Shown in pieces: positions 19,139-28,910 of a stretch of DNA of 64,000 bases (positions are counted from its first letter, which is position 1; each line of letters opens with the position of its first letter). The position numbers were made by a program, and so were the translations under genes. A model generated the notes under the pieces. It saw nothing but the letters and a program-made list of their open reading frames with translations, was not told where the DNA came from and searched no databases. This DNA is from Candidatus Poribacteria bacterium. Its GTDB lineage: Bacteria; Poribacteria; WGA-4E; WGA-3G. The stretch spans positions 2,176,001 through 2,240,000 of the forward strand of contig OZ244048.1 in assembly GCA_965215265.1 (NCBI GenBank), given 5' to 3'.

Positions 19139-19492
19139 TTGCCTTTCAATCCCCCTTTTCTTAAAGAACTTGCTGAACTGGGGTTTGCCAAAGTTTATCT
19201 GGAAGCTGCATGAGCCGATTTTGACAAGGATAGGAACATTGAAAGACTATTGCACGCCATAAAAGAGGTAGCAGAAGCACAAAGCGGAATTGGCATCCTT
19301 GTTGCATGGACACAACTCAGTTATCAGAATCTTGCTTATCTTCTTCGTGTCAAACATCCATTGCAATTGGATAAAACGTTAGATTCAAAAACAGAAACCG
19401 CTCATCAACCTAACCGTAGCGTGGACAGAGACGCTAATATCATTGTCATCGACTTCGTGAACGGAAAAACGGAGAAAATCGGAACAGATTGA
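19139..19492 (+). pseudogene. addiction-module antidote HTH protein (HI1420/TIGR02684-type), internal stop
   Basis: FLKELAELGFAKVYLEAA*ADFDKD...LLHAIKEVAEAQSGI...TQLSYQNL; in-frame TGA at 19211-19213. Confidence 0.65.
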
Positions 19493-19562
19493 AACACTGA
19501 AACCGAAGCTGTTTTTTTATGAAACGAAGACACACCGACTGACTCAGGGGCATTCCGATGCC

Positions 19563-20288
19563 TTAGTCTGCTTCAACATCCACAAGTAGCTCACGTCCAT
19601 TCAACGGTTGCACCGGACGACTATTGCCCTGCATAATCGTTTCAAATGCCAAAATTTGCGATTCAGACATTTCAATAGGTGTCGTTATTATGAACCATTT
19701 GACCCCTTCCGAACACGGCGGAGTCGTTAACGAACCCTCGTAACGATAGGTATGCCTCGTGCTTGGCAACAGTTCGTCGGCATTGACGGTAACACTCTCA
19801 ATGCTGCGCATCTCGCCCGATACGGATGGCAAATTGCTCCAGATTGAAGCAAACGTCGGATTATCACTTCCACGTTCTATTAACACACCAACCACAGCCA
19901 ACGTTCCATCCTCACTTTGGTGAACGTAGTGCATCTCCATGTCAAACGCTCTACCGGCTACTGTATGTTCACCGGGGGCGTGGAAGTGGAATTGTTGCAA
20001 TTCATACCTTGTGCCATCAACCTCAATCCAACTCCCTTCATTGTATGCAACTTGAATAGTATGTCCAGTATTGCGAATGTTCAAAACCGTTGGCTGGTAT
20101 TTGAAAGTCATCGCTGGAAGTTCAACAGCTATCGGGTTCACCAAATCAATCGGCGATTGGTGTATCCCCACAGCACAAATGGCATACTCCGGATTTAATT
20201 GCCCCCAGATGTTTGGACCATTTTCTTCTGTATAACCCCACTCTACTGTGTGGGATTCACTAACTAATTCTTCGTGTATGATATCCAT
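19563..20288 (-). CDS. alpha-class carbonic anhydrase
   Basis: WGY...GP..W, QSPIDL, QFHFH..GEH, EMHYVH, YEGSLTTPPCSEGV.W, N.RPVQPLNGR. Confidence 0.93.
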   Translation of the reverse strand: MDIIHEELVSESHTVEWGYTEENGPNIWGQLNPEYAICAVGIHQSPIDLVNPIAVELPAMTFKYQPTVLNIRNTGHTIQVAYNEGSWIEVDGTRYELQQFHFHAPGEHTVAGRAFDMEMHYVHQSEDGTLAVVGVLIERGSDNPTFASIWSNLPSVSGEMRSIESVTVNADELLPSTRHTYRYEGSLTTPPCSEGVKWFIITTPIEMSESQILAFETIMQGNSRPVQPLNGRELLVDVEAD

Positions 20289-20332
20289 TATAAACTTATA
20301 TCCATGAACTATAGTAGATTTAGTACGCTATC

Positions 20333-20414
20333 TTTATCCGTATGCCATTTCAGGATGTTTACCAAGAACACGAAGCAAACGTTCATCTGCACCTTCCAAG
20401 ACATAGTCAGGCAT
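20333..20414 (-). pseudogene. orphan C-terminal gene fragment, possibly PhyH-like
   Basis: Reads PDYVLEGADERLLRVLGKHPEMAYG*, starting right at the family-I repeat boundary. Confidence 0.4.
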
Positions 20415-20417
20415 ACG

Positions 20418-20676
20418 TTTGTTTGTCTACAGGAGCCCCATACAAGGCTGCTGCAATGTTAAACCCTTTCCAAAACTCGCTCTTTAGTATATTTCAGCAC
20501 AACAACGATGGCTGTAATGAACAACGAAAGCACAAATCTCGTCGGAGCCATTTTAGGTTTTGATTTTAAAAGACTATACCTAGTTAACCTCCGACGAGAT
20601 TTACATCGGATTTAACAATACATAACCCTTGATGGTACCAAGATATACAAAAAGATGGTACGGAGATATACGAAAA
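20418..20676. repeat. family-I bidirectional array (two minus units, core, one plus unit and a truncated unit)
   Basis: AAATCTCG ends at 20541, CGAGATTT starts at 20595, with a 53-bp core between them. Confidence 0.85.
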
Positions 20677-20820
20677 GAAGTGTTTGTTCTTTTGACATAT
20701 TTCTAATACCTAAAAAAGCGTGTCTCCTGTTAAGATTCTTAAAAGTTTTCCGTTAATAACTCATGTCCTATTAGTATTCTGTGATAACTAGGGAAAGTCG
20801 TTCAGGCTGTTTACCCAATT

Positions 20821-20921
20821 CAGAGCCGTTTATGTTTAGATTCATAGCATAAGAAGGCTCCGGCGAGATTTATACAGGTTTTAGCATAGCAGCAGCCTTG
20901 TTGCGGGCTCCTGTAGACAAA
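20821..20921 (+). repeat. family-I core plus one unit
   Basis: GAGCC...GGCTCCGGCGAGATTT...GGGCTCCTGTAGACAAA. Confidence 0.8.
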
Positions 20922-21709
20922 TGAACCAAATCGATGTGGGCAGATGCAATGATATCGGCACCCATTCGCCCTGAAACTGCCTGTCGTTGGCAGCATTGAT
21001 GACTGTGCAATCGGTGAATGTCACTCGCGCCCCCTTCAATGACTTTTCCTGAATCTTGATACCGTAACCGACGGTATTCTCAACTGTGCAGTTATTAAAT
21101 TCAATATGCCCCCTGGTCCATCGTCTCGAATCTTTGAAACGCGGATACCCGTTCCGTGTTGACTGCTGATGTAGCAATTTTCAAAGTGCATCGTCACAGC
21201 CTCGGATTCACCGGTGGTGTGCGCCAAGAACACTTCGATACCGTCTCCGCTGTTATCGACGTTGACGTTCTTGCAACCGCCTCTTCCAACGTCATCCGCC
21301 ACTCGCCCTTTGGATACTGTCCATACCAGCGATGCCAGCCAAATTGTTCGAGTACGAGCCCTGTGATATAGTCCTGTTTCCACATCCTGAAAGTCGCGCC
21401 GTAGCCACGGATGGTGAGATTCTCCACATTTTGTGCTGTTAACATGGAGTCCCCTTTTCCCCGATATTCCCCGCGTTTTGCGGTAACGACTGTGCCGGGT
21501 TCAAAAAGCAATTCTTGATTCCCGGCAAGCCGAATTGGCTGAATTATCCAATCGGTGTGCATATTCGGCACAAACACGCGTTTCGCGCCGGAGTCAATTG
21601 CTGCCTGCAGCGTCGTTGTCGCATCTTCAGGATCAAAACCCCACCACGCAGCATTGGCAAAAGTCTTTTCTCCAGAACGAATCTCTTCAATCGCTTCAAG
21701 ATTTTTCAT
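20922..21709 (-). pseudogene. right-handed parallel beta-helix (pectate lyase-like) protein, frameshifted and truncated
   Basis: WWGFDPEDATTTLQAAIDSGAKRV... continues across three frames (GCKNVNV/DNSGDGIEVFL...FENCYI; FNNCTVENT.GYGI) and ends in the repeat. Confidence 0.75.
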
Positions 21710-21833
21710 GGTTAACCTCTATTGCAATGCTTAAAATACTAAAGTCCCGACGATTTTTTTCGGATAAAAACAGGTAGAGAAAGGCGCATTTTTCACGCGC
21801 GGCTATTATCCCTTCTTACATAAAAAAGTGGGA

Positions 21834-23117
21834 CTATATCGCAAACGTCTTTTCATCGTCAAGCAGCATCAACGCAAACCAGGTTTTGATATCGGCACGC
21901 CCGGGCGCGAGTTTGTTGAGCATCCTCGCCATCATTTGCTTATGTTGCTCAGTGGTAGGTCCCATCTCAGTCATATGCTGGTTATATGTCTCAATCTCCG
22001 CCGCTTGCTTGGGATAGTTTTCCGTGAGCCATGCCTCAACATCGGCATCGGTTGGCATGTTCTTCAGTGCCGCTGCAAAATCCGTCGCGGAGATACCGAG
22101 AAAAGCGAGGGTTGCCCGGTCAATACCGGAATCTTCCCCGTAAAAATAGGCGCCCAATGTGTCTCCATTTACAGCCCGTGCTTTGTCAATCAATCGTGCG
22201 AGTTGAACCATTCCATAGACATCTGTATTGTAAGGGCTCCGTGGTGCGCGCCGTTGGAGATCTACGATTCCGAAACAGAGCTGATCGTCTATGTCTTGGA
22301 GTGCGACCCACGTGTCAATGTCCGTGCGGTCTGGAGCAACTTCACGGCATCGTGCTTCAAAGCGTTGGCGCGTGTTTTCATTGGGACCATAGTTTATCAA
22401 CGTCTGATTGAAGGTATCGATTTCCGCGGATGATTTACCTGAGTTTTCCAGTACCCATGTGCCCAATTCGAGGTCGTTCGGGTTGTTCACTGCTGCTGCC
22501 TGAAAATCATCAGCTGAGATTCCGAGAGTTTCTAATATGCGTATGTCTTGCCCGGAATCTTTGCCGTATTTATACTCTCCGATTTTTCCTGCGCGTGCGG
22601 CGCGTGCTTTATCGGCCATCCGTGCAACGCCACAAATGCCGCCAACATCTTTTGCCCGTGCGCTGCGGGGCGGCCGCACGGTGAGGTCTACCTGCCAAAA
22701 ACTGCCCCAGTCATCAAGTTCCATAGATTGAAGCACCGTTTTAATATCGGTTCGCCCTGGGGCATACCGCGCGAGTCGTTCTTTTAGCCGCTGCTTGTGC
22801 CCTTCCGTATCTGGATTATGATTAATCGCGTCCTCGTTAAAAGCATCAATTTCTGCTGCGGTTTTTCCACTCGTTTCAAGCACCCAGTCTGCAAGTGCTT
22901 CATCGTCATGTTCTGCAACGGCTTCGGCGAAAGTGTCGGCTGAGATACCGAGGAACTGTAGGACGCGCAGGTCCAACCCTGAGTTTTCCCCGTACACATA
23001 TTCCGCGAGAGTTTCGGCATTAGATGCACGTGCTTTGTCAGTCATTCGTGCTAAGCCAACAATCCCTGAAACGCCAAGATTCGTTGGCCGGCGTGGAGGT
23101 TGACGTGTTAAATCCAT
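21834..23117 (-). CDS. DUF5069 domain protein with three tandem domains
   Basis: Three copies of DL...PR......G...ARM.DKARA...Y.YG..SG.D...FLGISA..F; AAGGAG RBS. Confidence 0.75.
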   Translation of the reverse strand: MDLTRQPPRRPTNLGVSGIVGLARMTDKARASNAETLAEYVYGENSGLDLRVLQFLGISADTFAEAVAEHDDEALADWVLETSGKTAAEIDAFNEDAINHNPDTEGHKQRLKERLARYAPGRTDIKTVLQSMELDDWGSFWQVDLTVRPPRSARAKDVGGICGVARMADKARAARAGKIGEYKYGKDSGQDIRILETLGISADDFQAAAVNNPNDLELGTWVLENSGKSSAEIDTFNQTLINYGPNENTRQRFEARCREVAPDRTDIDTWVALQDIDDQLCFGIVDLQRRAPRSPYNTDVYGMVQLARLIDKARAVNGDTLGAYFYGEDSGIDRATLAFLGISATDFAAALKNMPTDADVEAWLTENYPKQAAEIETYNQHMTEMGPTTEQHKQMMARMLNKLAPGRADIKTWFALMLLDDEKTFAI

Positions 23118-23285
23118 AATTAATTTCTCCTTTCAAAATGAAACAGTGTCAAATTTTAAAATATATTGACAAAAACTCTGATAAGATAGAGACAATTTAT
23201 TTCCATCCGGGCCACAAAGTCTCTGCCGGGATGGACGTGTGAGCATTCACAAGAAAAGAACCGTATGACTTTAAATAGACAAAAC

Positions 23286-24740
23286 TTATTTCAATGGATG
23301 CAGGTTGACTTCAGCGGCGAGTCGCCCTTCTAAACGAAACCAAACCTGCAAACCGTTTTGTGTCAGATAAAGTGCCTCTGGTGCAACAGTATCGACGGTA
23401 CCGCGCAAGATTACATACGAACCGAGCTTGCGTTTTTCTATCGCGCCTGATAACGTTTCATGTAATTGCGTGAGTTGTTGTTCTAGTGGAAAAACCAGTT
23501 TTTCTTCTACTGTCGTTCGGAGGTCAGGAAAGAAGCCTTCGCCCACGTCCTCCGCGATACTCAACAGCAGACTTTGGGTTGTGAGCGAATAGTCAAATTC
23601 GGTGACAGCGACCGTCATCTCGGTTGCATTATACACAGGTGTCCCGAGGAGATACAGTTTGCCCTTCGCGTTAAAGGTTGGCATCCCAAACGTCACACCT
23701 GCGACTAACTGCGTACCGCTACCGTAGAGAGTTAGGTTTCCAACCTGTGTCTCAATACCCTTTAACTTATGCGTTTTTTCAACATAAGGCTTAGCAAGTT
23801 GTTGAATCGCCGTATAAGCGACCTCAACCGGGGCGATAATATGATACCCTGATTCAAGCGAGTCAACAAAACGGAGGTCTGGTAGTGGTGGAATCGGTGC
23901 AGCTTCCACCGTCTCTCCAATACGTACGTGAATATGTGTTTTTATTCCTAGGTGGATAGAGAGCGTATCCACATCTCCAGAAAGTTGCTGCGTGAGAATC
24001 TCTAACGGTTGTATCACAAGAACTATAGGCGGTTCGTCTCTGATAACAATCGGTTCATGGAGTTTCTCCCATAACCCGGCAACGCGACTTTTCAGATTCA
24101 CACGGGTGATATGTGTCACAATGAGCTCTTCTAATTTAGGTACAACTTTGTCTTCAACCAATTTAGTGAGGAGGCTCCGAATTGAGATAGTGATACCTAC
24201 AATTTTAATATCTGCCCGCTGAATTGATATGTCAAGGCTGCTTTGAGCAGTAATTCTCCAATCAGGATTGAACATAAACCGAAGGTTTAACGTTGCGGCG
24301 GCTGCGCCATCAAAATCTTCTCGCTTCCGGATTACTTTCCGAAAGACCGTTTTAGAGACTTCCGCCCAACCGCTAAATTGAAACGGCATTTGTATCGAGA
24401 TGGTGTCATCAGGCATCCTAGTCATCAGCATCGGACCTGGATTTAGCTGAATGGACGATTCAATCGATCCATCTTTCCGTTGAATGGGCTTATGCAGATA
24501 GTCCTGCAAAGCGGATTCAACGAGTGGTTTAACATCCTGTATCGGTAATTCCGCTTTAACAGCAAGCGTTGACGGTATCGGCGGTGGTAACGGTCTCAGT
24601 GTCACTTCTCTCGGTGGTGCGGGCGCGTTTACGATTCGGTCAGAACCGCTGAAAAGGGTAAGGAACAACACAACGCAAATGAGGACGGCCCCCAGCACAA
24701 TCCCAATAATTATCTTGACGCGTTTCGTTAGTGCTTTCAT
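23286..24740 (-). CDS. DUF4403 family protein
   Basis: N-terminal TM helix, PPPIPSTLAV, W..L..PI, GKLYL.G.PVY motifs. Confidence 0.7.
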   Translation of the reverse strand: MKALTKRVKIIIGIVLGAVLICVVLFLTLFSGSDRIVNAPAPPREVTLRPLPPPIPSTLAVKAELPIQDVKPLVESALQDYLHKPIQRKDGSIESSIQLNPGPMLMTRMPDDTISIQMPFQFSGWAEVSKTVFRKVIRKREDFDGAAAATLNLRFMFNPDWRITAQSSLDISIQRADIKIVGITISIRSLLTKLVEDKVVPKLEELIVTHITRVNLKSRVAGLWEKLHEPIVIRDEPPIVLVIQPLEILTQQLSGDVDTLSIHLGIKTHIHVRIGETVEAAPIPPLPDLRFVDSLESGYHIIAPVEVAYTAIQQLAKPYVEKTHKLKGIETQVGNLTLYGSGTQLVAGVTFGMPTFNAKGKLYLLGTPVYNATEMTVAVTEFDYSLTTQSLLLSIAEDVGEGFFPDLRTTVEEKLVFPLEQQLTQLHETLSGAIEKRKLGSYVILRGTVDTVAPEALYLTQNGLQVWFRLEGRLAAEVNLHPLK

Positions 24741-24759
24741 AGCAATTCTCAAATTAAGG

Positions 24760-25902
24760 CTAACCCGAGTCCTGTCCAGAAAACCGATTGATAGAAAAAT
24801 GGCTGATGTCAAAAGCGGTCTCGTCTGTAGATGCCAATTCGCTCAAGATACGTCCGACAAGCGCGCAAAATTTGAATCCGTGCCCTGAAAAACCTGCCGC
24901 AATTAAGACATCAGCACAGTCCGGGTGTACATCAATGATAAAATCTTCGTCGGGTGTTTGTGTATAGAGACACACTTCCGCTTTAACAGTGGTACCAAGG
25001 CTCGGAAAACGTTCTTGCACATAAGCATCCAGATGTTGGATGTAGTCAGCATCGGCATCCCGATTGCATGTATTAGGTGAGACGGTTTGCCCTTTTCCGT
25101 CTCTCGCCACCTTTACACCGTTTTCCCCGAAAGCGGGGATACCGTAAAAAAAATCACCTTCTGCGGTTGTCTCTGTGAAAACAGGGAACTGTTTTGGTTG
25201 GAACAGTGGCTGAGCCGTGGGTTGGTAGTAGCAGACCTGTTGGCGTGTAACAGTGAGCGGCAGTTTGAGTTCAGCAAGGAGAGCTGCTGTCCATGCGCCG
25301 GCTGTCACAATGAGTTTTTTGCCACGAAACGTCCCTGCTTCAGTCTCTACGCTCGGTACATCAGCATCCGTTAGGATTCGGGTTACCGGAATGTCTTCTC
25401 GGATTTCGGCACCGTGATGTGCAGCTAATTGCAAGTGGGTTGAAACGCAGTGAGCAGCGTGAAGAAAACCGGTATCCTTTTGCCAGAGGATGTGCATATC
25501 CTTTGACACGTGAAATTGCGGAAAACGGCGCGCTAACTGTGGTGCCTCCCACCACTCTGATTCAACACCGGCAGCATCCAAACTTGCACGCACCGACCTT
25601 CCATACGGATTGTCTTCAATACCGAGGTTGATACTTCCGGTAATAGACAGCAACGAGTTACCTGAGGCAGCTTCTAATGCGCGCCATTCTGCATAGGCAG
25701 ATTTCATTAATTCAGTGTAGAACGGCTTATCGTAGAACAGCCGGATAATCCGGGTTTCGCCATGCGAACTGCCGAACGCATGTCCACGATGGAATTGTTC
25801 CAAGGCAAGGACGTTCGCGCCAGATTTCGAAAGGTGGTAAGCTGTCGCGCTACCCATCCCGCCAACACCGATGACAATGGCATCATAAATATGAGTTTGC
25901 AT
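24760..25902 (-). CDS. solA: N-methyl-L-tryptophan/monomeric sarcosine oxidase family flavoprotein
   Basis: GVGGMGSA, GSSHGETRIIR, CLYT.TPDEDFIID, GFSGHGFKF. Confidence 0.85.
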   Translation of the reverse strand: MQTHIYDAIVIGVGGMGSATAYHLSKSGANVLALEQFHRGHAFGSSHGETRIIRLFYDKPFYTELMKSAYAEWRALEAASGNSLLSITGSINLGIEDNPYGRSVRASLDAAGVESEWWEAPQLARRFPQFHVSKDMHILWQKDTGFLHAAHCVSTHLQLAAHHGAEIREDIPVTRILTDADVPSVETEAGTFRGKKLIVTAGAWTAALLAELKLPLTVTRQQVCYYQPTAQPLFQPKQFPVFTETTAEGDFFYGIPAFGENGVKVARDGKGQTVSPNTCNRDADADYIQHLDAYVQERFPSLGTTVKAEVCLYTQTPDEDFIIDVHPDCADVLIAAGFSGHGFKFCALVGRILSELASTDETAFDISHFSINRFSGQDSG

Positions 25903-26668
25903 GTGATTCCTCTTGTGAACCGAATGGGGGTTGCACCGTGGTAAAATTCTTATACAGGTCCTTACCGCGCAGGAGTATGGGCTTCCAGGGCCGTTTCAAT
26001 GAATTCTCTTCGGCTTGCCGCACCGATGGCGGGATGTAGCGAATCGTCAGTCCACAACGTCGACGGGTGGAGTGATTGGGAAGGCTGCCGTGAATTATCT
26101 GGCCATGGTGAATAGACATCTCCCCGGCTTTAAGCACCAAATCGACGGCTGAGTCGGCCGCCTCCGTCGTGACAGAGACCTCCTGATTGATACTTAGTAG
26201 GTTCCCCGCCTGTTTCGATTTACCATGTGCCTGAATCCCCTGCTGATGGCTGCCAGGGATAACCTGCATGCATCCGTTCCCGGTGTCGCTGTCATCTACC
26301 GCGTACCAAGCGGTTATTGCCTCTGGTGGCTCAAGTCCCCAATAGGTAACGTCTTGATGCCATGCGACAAATTTCTCGCGCGGGCCATATTTGCAGAAGA
26401 AGTGGGTGGCTAACAACATCACATCGGGCCCGATAATTTCTTCAATCACATCCACAATTTTCGGATGGGTTGCAAGTCCCCATATAAATTGATGCTCAAA
26501 ATGCCAATCAACAAGTCCGATTTCGCATTTGTCTGCGCCGACTTCGGCCTCCAACGCATTGTAAGCATCTTGATATCGTAGTGCTTCGGTTTCATCTGCA
26601 ACGTGGATACCGGTTAAAAATCCATCCTTCCGGTACCGATTAGCCAGTTGTCCATTTGTCGTTTCCAT
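25883..26668 (-). CDS. PhyH family dioxygenase
   Basis: WHQDVTYWG...AW.A.DD....NGCM.VIPGSH...L.AGE.S.H....HGS.PN.S..RR; GGAGG RBS. Confidence 0.88.
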   Translation of the reverse strand: METTNGQLANRYRKDGFLTGIHVADETEALRYQDAYNALEAEVGADKCEIGLVDWHFEHQFIWGLATHPKIVDVIEEIIGPDVMLLATHFFCKYGPREKFVAWHQDVTYWGLEPPEAITAWYAVDDSDTGNGCMQVIPGSHQQGIQAHGKSKQAGNLLSINQEVSVTTEAADSAVDLVLKAGEMSIHHGQIIHGSLPNHSTRRRCGLTIRYIPPSVRQAEENSLKRPWKPILLRGKDLYKNFTTVQPPFGSQEESHANSYL

Positions 26669-27072
26669 GTAATGTCCTCCTTTACCATTTTGTAACGCGT
26701 GCCGATATCTGTTATCAGAGTTTAGCAAAAAACACACAATTTGTCCAGTTTAAAATAGTGTTATTGAATGAAGTTGTTTACAACCACCCGCTGCATGTTT
26801 CTCTGAACCGTAGCGGATGGAGCCACAAGCACTTGCCTATCCTTAAAATTCTGATAGAGACAGTTTAGTTCTCCGCTAAGAACGAAGGCTAAATTGCTAG
26901 ACTCCCCTATAGGAGGGCTTGACATCCTTCGCAAATCTGAGAGAGAGAATGTTGAAAACTAAATGCCCCTAAAATCTTGACAAATTCGCTTTTTTGTGTT
27001 ACACTAAAAAAAAGCACTAACGTGAACAGATACTACCGTTTATTTTTCAGACATCAACTTAGGAAGTTTACT

Positions 27073-27624
27073 ATGCTTATTACCATGCCGAAGACGTTTT
27101 TTTTCTATGGGGTGTTTATGCTTTGTGTCTTGTTTTCTGCTTGTGTAGAAGAGACACAAGTTGATGAATTTGTTGAAAATGCCCAGCAGGAAAAGGTCCC
27201 TGAGGAACCTGCAGCCACCTTGCCTGGCCTTCCGCTAGATGTCGCTGGCTACACAAAGTGGCTCAAACTGAACGCGGAACCTATTCCTCCTGTTGCTGGG
27301 GGTGACCCGCATAACGGGACAAAAAATGTGTACGTCAACCAAACGCGAGAAAAACTCACAGCAAATGGTGAGCAGCAGTTCCCTTACCCCGAAGGCAGCA
27401 TCGTTGTCAAAGAAGCGTCCCGTCCTAATAAGTCGTATGTTGGACTTATCGCTATTATGCGAAAGGTAGCCGGCACAGACCCGGCGCACAACGACTGGGA
27501 GTTCATTGAGTATACGCGAAATGCGCCGGATGCGGATTTCCGCGTCATTGCCTCTGGTGGAATCTGTTGGGGATGTCACGCCCGGGTTAAAGAGAGTGAC
27601 TATGTTTTTACGCTACTTGATTAA
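27073..27624 (+). CDS. cytochrome P460 family protein (probable lipoprotein)
   Basis: NVYVN...PYPEGSIVVKE...M.K......W.F..Y...CWGCH.....DYVF; FSAC lipobox-like signal. Confidence 0.8.
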   Translation: MLITMPKTFFFYGVFMLCVLFSACVEETQVDEFVENAQQEKVPEEPAATLPGLPLDVAGYTKWLKLNAEPIPPVAGGDPHNGTKNVYVNQTREKLTANGEQQFPYPEGSIVVKEASRPNKSYVGLIAIMRKVAGTDPAHNDWEFIEYTRNAPDADFRVIASGGICWGCHARVKESDYVFTLLD

Positions 27625-27636
27625 AGGAGAGAATTT

Positions 27637-28872
27637 TTGTCGACAGTTTACAATAGATTGATGACATTCATATTGAATTATGAAAAATGCGGCACATTTT
27701 TCAGAGCTGCTTCACTTCTCATCGCTATGGTTTCGATATGTCTTGTTGTGCCTGAGGCGACTGAGGCACGTCCGGAATTTGCAGCCGAATTAGAAAAAGA
27801 ATGTAACTTTTGCCATATTGACCCGGCCGGCGGGGGTCCGCGAAACCGTATCGGAGAAATTTTTGAGGATAATTATTTTGAATTCCCTGAAGATTTTGAC
27901 ATGGAAGCCGTAATGGAGGAAGCAAAAGAAATTGTCAAACAACTCACAACCTCTCTTGATTTGCAAACCGCTTTTATCAAGAGCATGCATGTGGACGAAG
28001 CCGAAAACACGGTTGCCGGATGTAATTCGTGTCACTCTTCAATTGATAGATTTCTCCTGATGCAAGCAGAGGTGACGTTCAATGCACAGGCCTCCGAACA
28101 CGTACGGCTAACCCTTTCTAATAACGTTGGAACGACACTCAATGCATTTGCCACTGTAGATGCTATTCCAAAGCATCTCTACGTCAAGGTAGGACAATTC
28201 CGCTTACCTTTCGGTATTAAGCAAAAGGACCACAATATCCTTGTCCGCGAGGGTTATGGGCTCGGTTCTAACAAACGCAATGTCGGCGTAGAGCTTGGGG
28301 GTAGCCTTGGAAGAGTTTTTTACAATGCTGCCTTTTTTAATGCGAAGAATGCAACAGCCTCCGGCACACTAGGAACCGTTGGCGGGCAAATCGGTCCGAT
28401 TCGAGCAGGTGTTTCTGGCAGAGTTGACCGGAACACTGAGGAATGGGAACGCCTCATCGGCTTATTTATGACAACCTCCTATGCAGGCCTGAGCTTAGAA
28501 GGGGAGTTCAATTTGGGGAATACTGGTGTACTCAATGACAGTTCAGTCATATCACCTTACATCGCTGCTTTGACACCGGATGCTGTTGATTCAAAAGGCT
28601 ACTATGTCGGGGCAAAATACCGTATCCATCCCCAATTGAGTGTTGCCTGCCGCTACGGGCTGTTTGATCCGGATAGAACTATCAAGGGCGACGCAGCCAG
28701 ACGTGTAACGCTCAGTGGGCATTACAATTTTATGGAAAACGGGGCAATTTCACTCTTCTATTGGTCAAACTTGGCAAATCCTGACCGGGGTACGTCACAC
28801 CGTAATACCGGCATGTCCCGGCAGCTGCAAGGCACAGATCAGGTGATTGTAATGTCACGATTCTGGTTTTAA
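27637..28872 (+). CDS. outer-membrane beta-barrel (porin-like) protein with two CxxCH heme motifs
   Basis: Signal peptide, CNFCH..PAGGGPRN..G, CNSCH, VKVGQFRLPFG porin motif, terminal RFWF. Confidence 0.65.
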   Translation: MSTVYNRLMTFILNYEKCGTFFRAASLLIAMVSICLVVPEATEARPEFAAELEKECNFCHIDPAGGGPRNRIGEIFEDNYFEFPEDFDMEAVMEEAKEIVKQLTTSLDLQTAFIKSMHVDEAENTVAGCNSCHSSIDRFLLMQAEVTFNAQASEHVRLTLSNNVGTTLNAFATVDAIPKHLYVKVGQFRLPFGIKQKDHNILVREGYGLGSNKRNVGVELGGSLGRVFYNAAFFNAKNATASGTLGTVGGQIGPIRAGVSGRVDRNTEEWERLIGLFMTTSYAGLSLEGEFNLGNTGVLNDSSVISPYIAALTPDAVDSKGYYVGAKYRIHPQLSVACRYGLFDPDRTIKGDAARRVTLSGHYNFMENGAISLFYWSNLANPDRGTSHRNTGMSRQLQGTDQVIVMSRFWF

Positions 28873-28910
28873 CAATTGAGATTAACTTGAGTCAATACGG
28901 AGGATTAAAA

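Noticed and set aside
19211-19213. Selenocysteine or readthrough TGA in the antitoxin
   Set aside because: The position is not a Cys site and the neighbouring toxin is truncated; a nonsense mutation is simpler.
20418-20921. Integron attC sites
   Set aside because: No RYYYAAC...GTTRRRY boundaries, no cassette arrangement and no integrase.
21828-22433. Long antisense and alternate-frame ORFs (e.g. 21828-22433, 8895-9350, 16835-17356, 46954-47454)
   Set aside because: They are shadows of well-supported genes and have no recognisable motifs.
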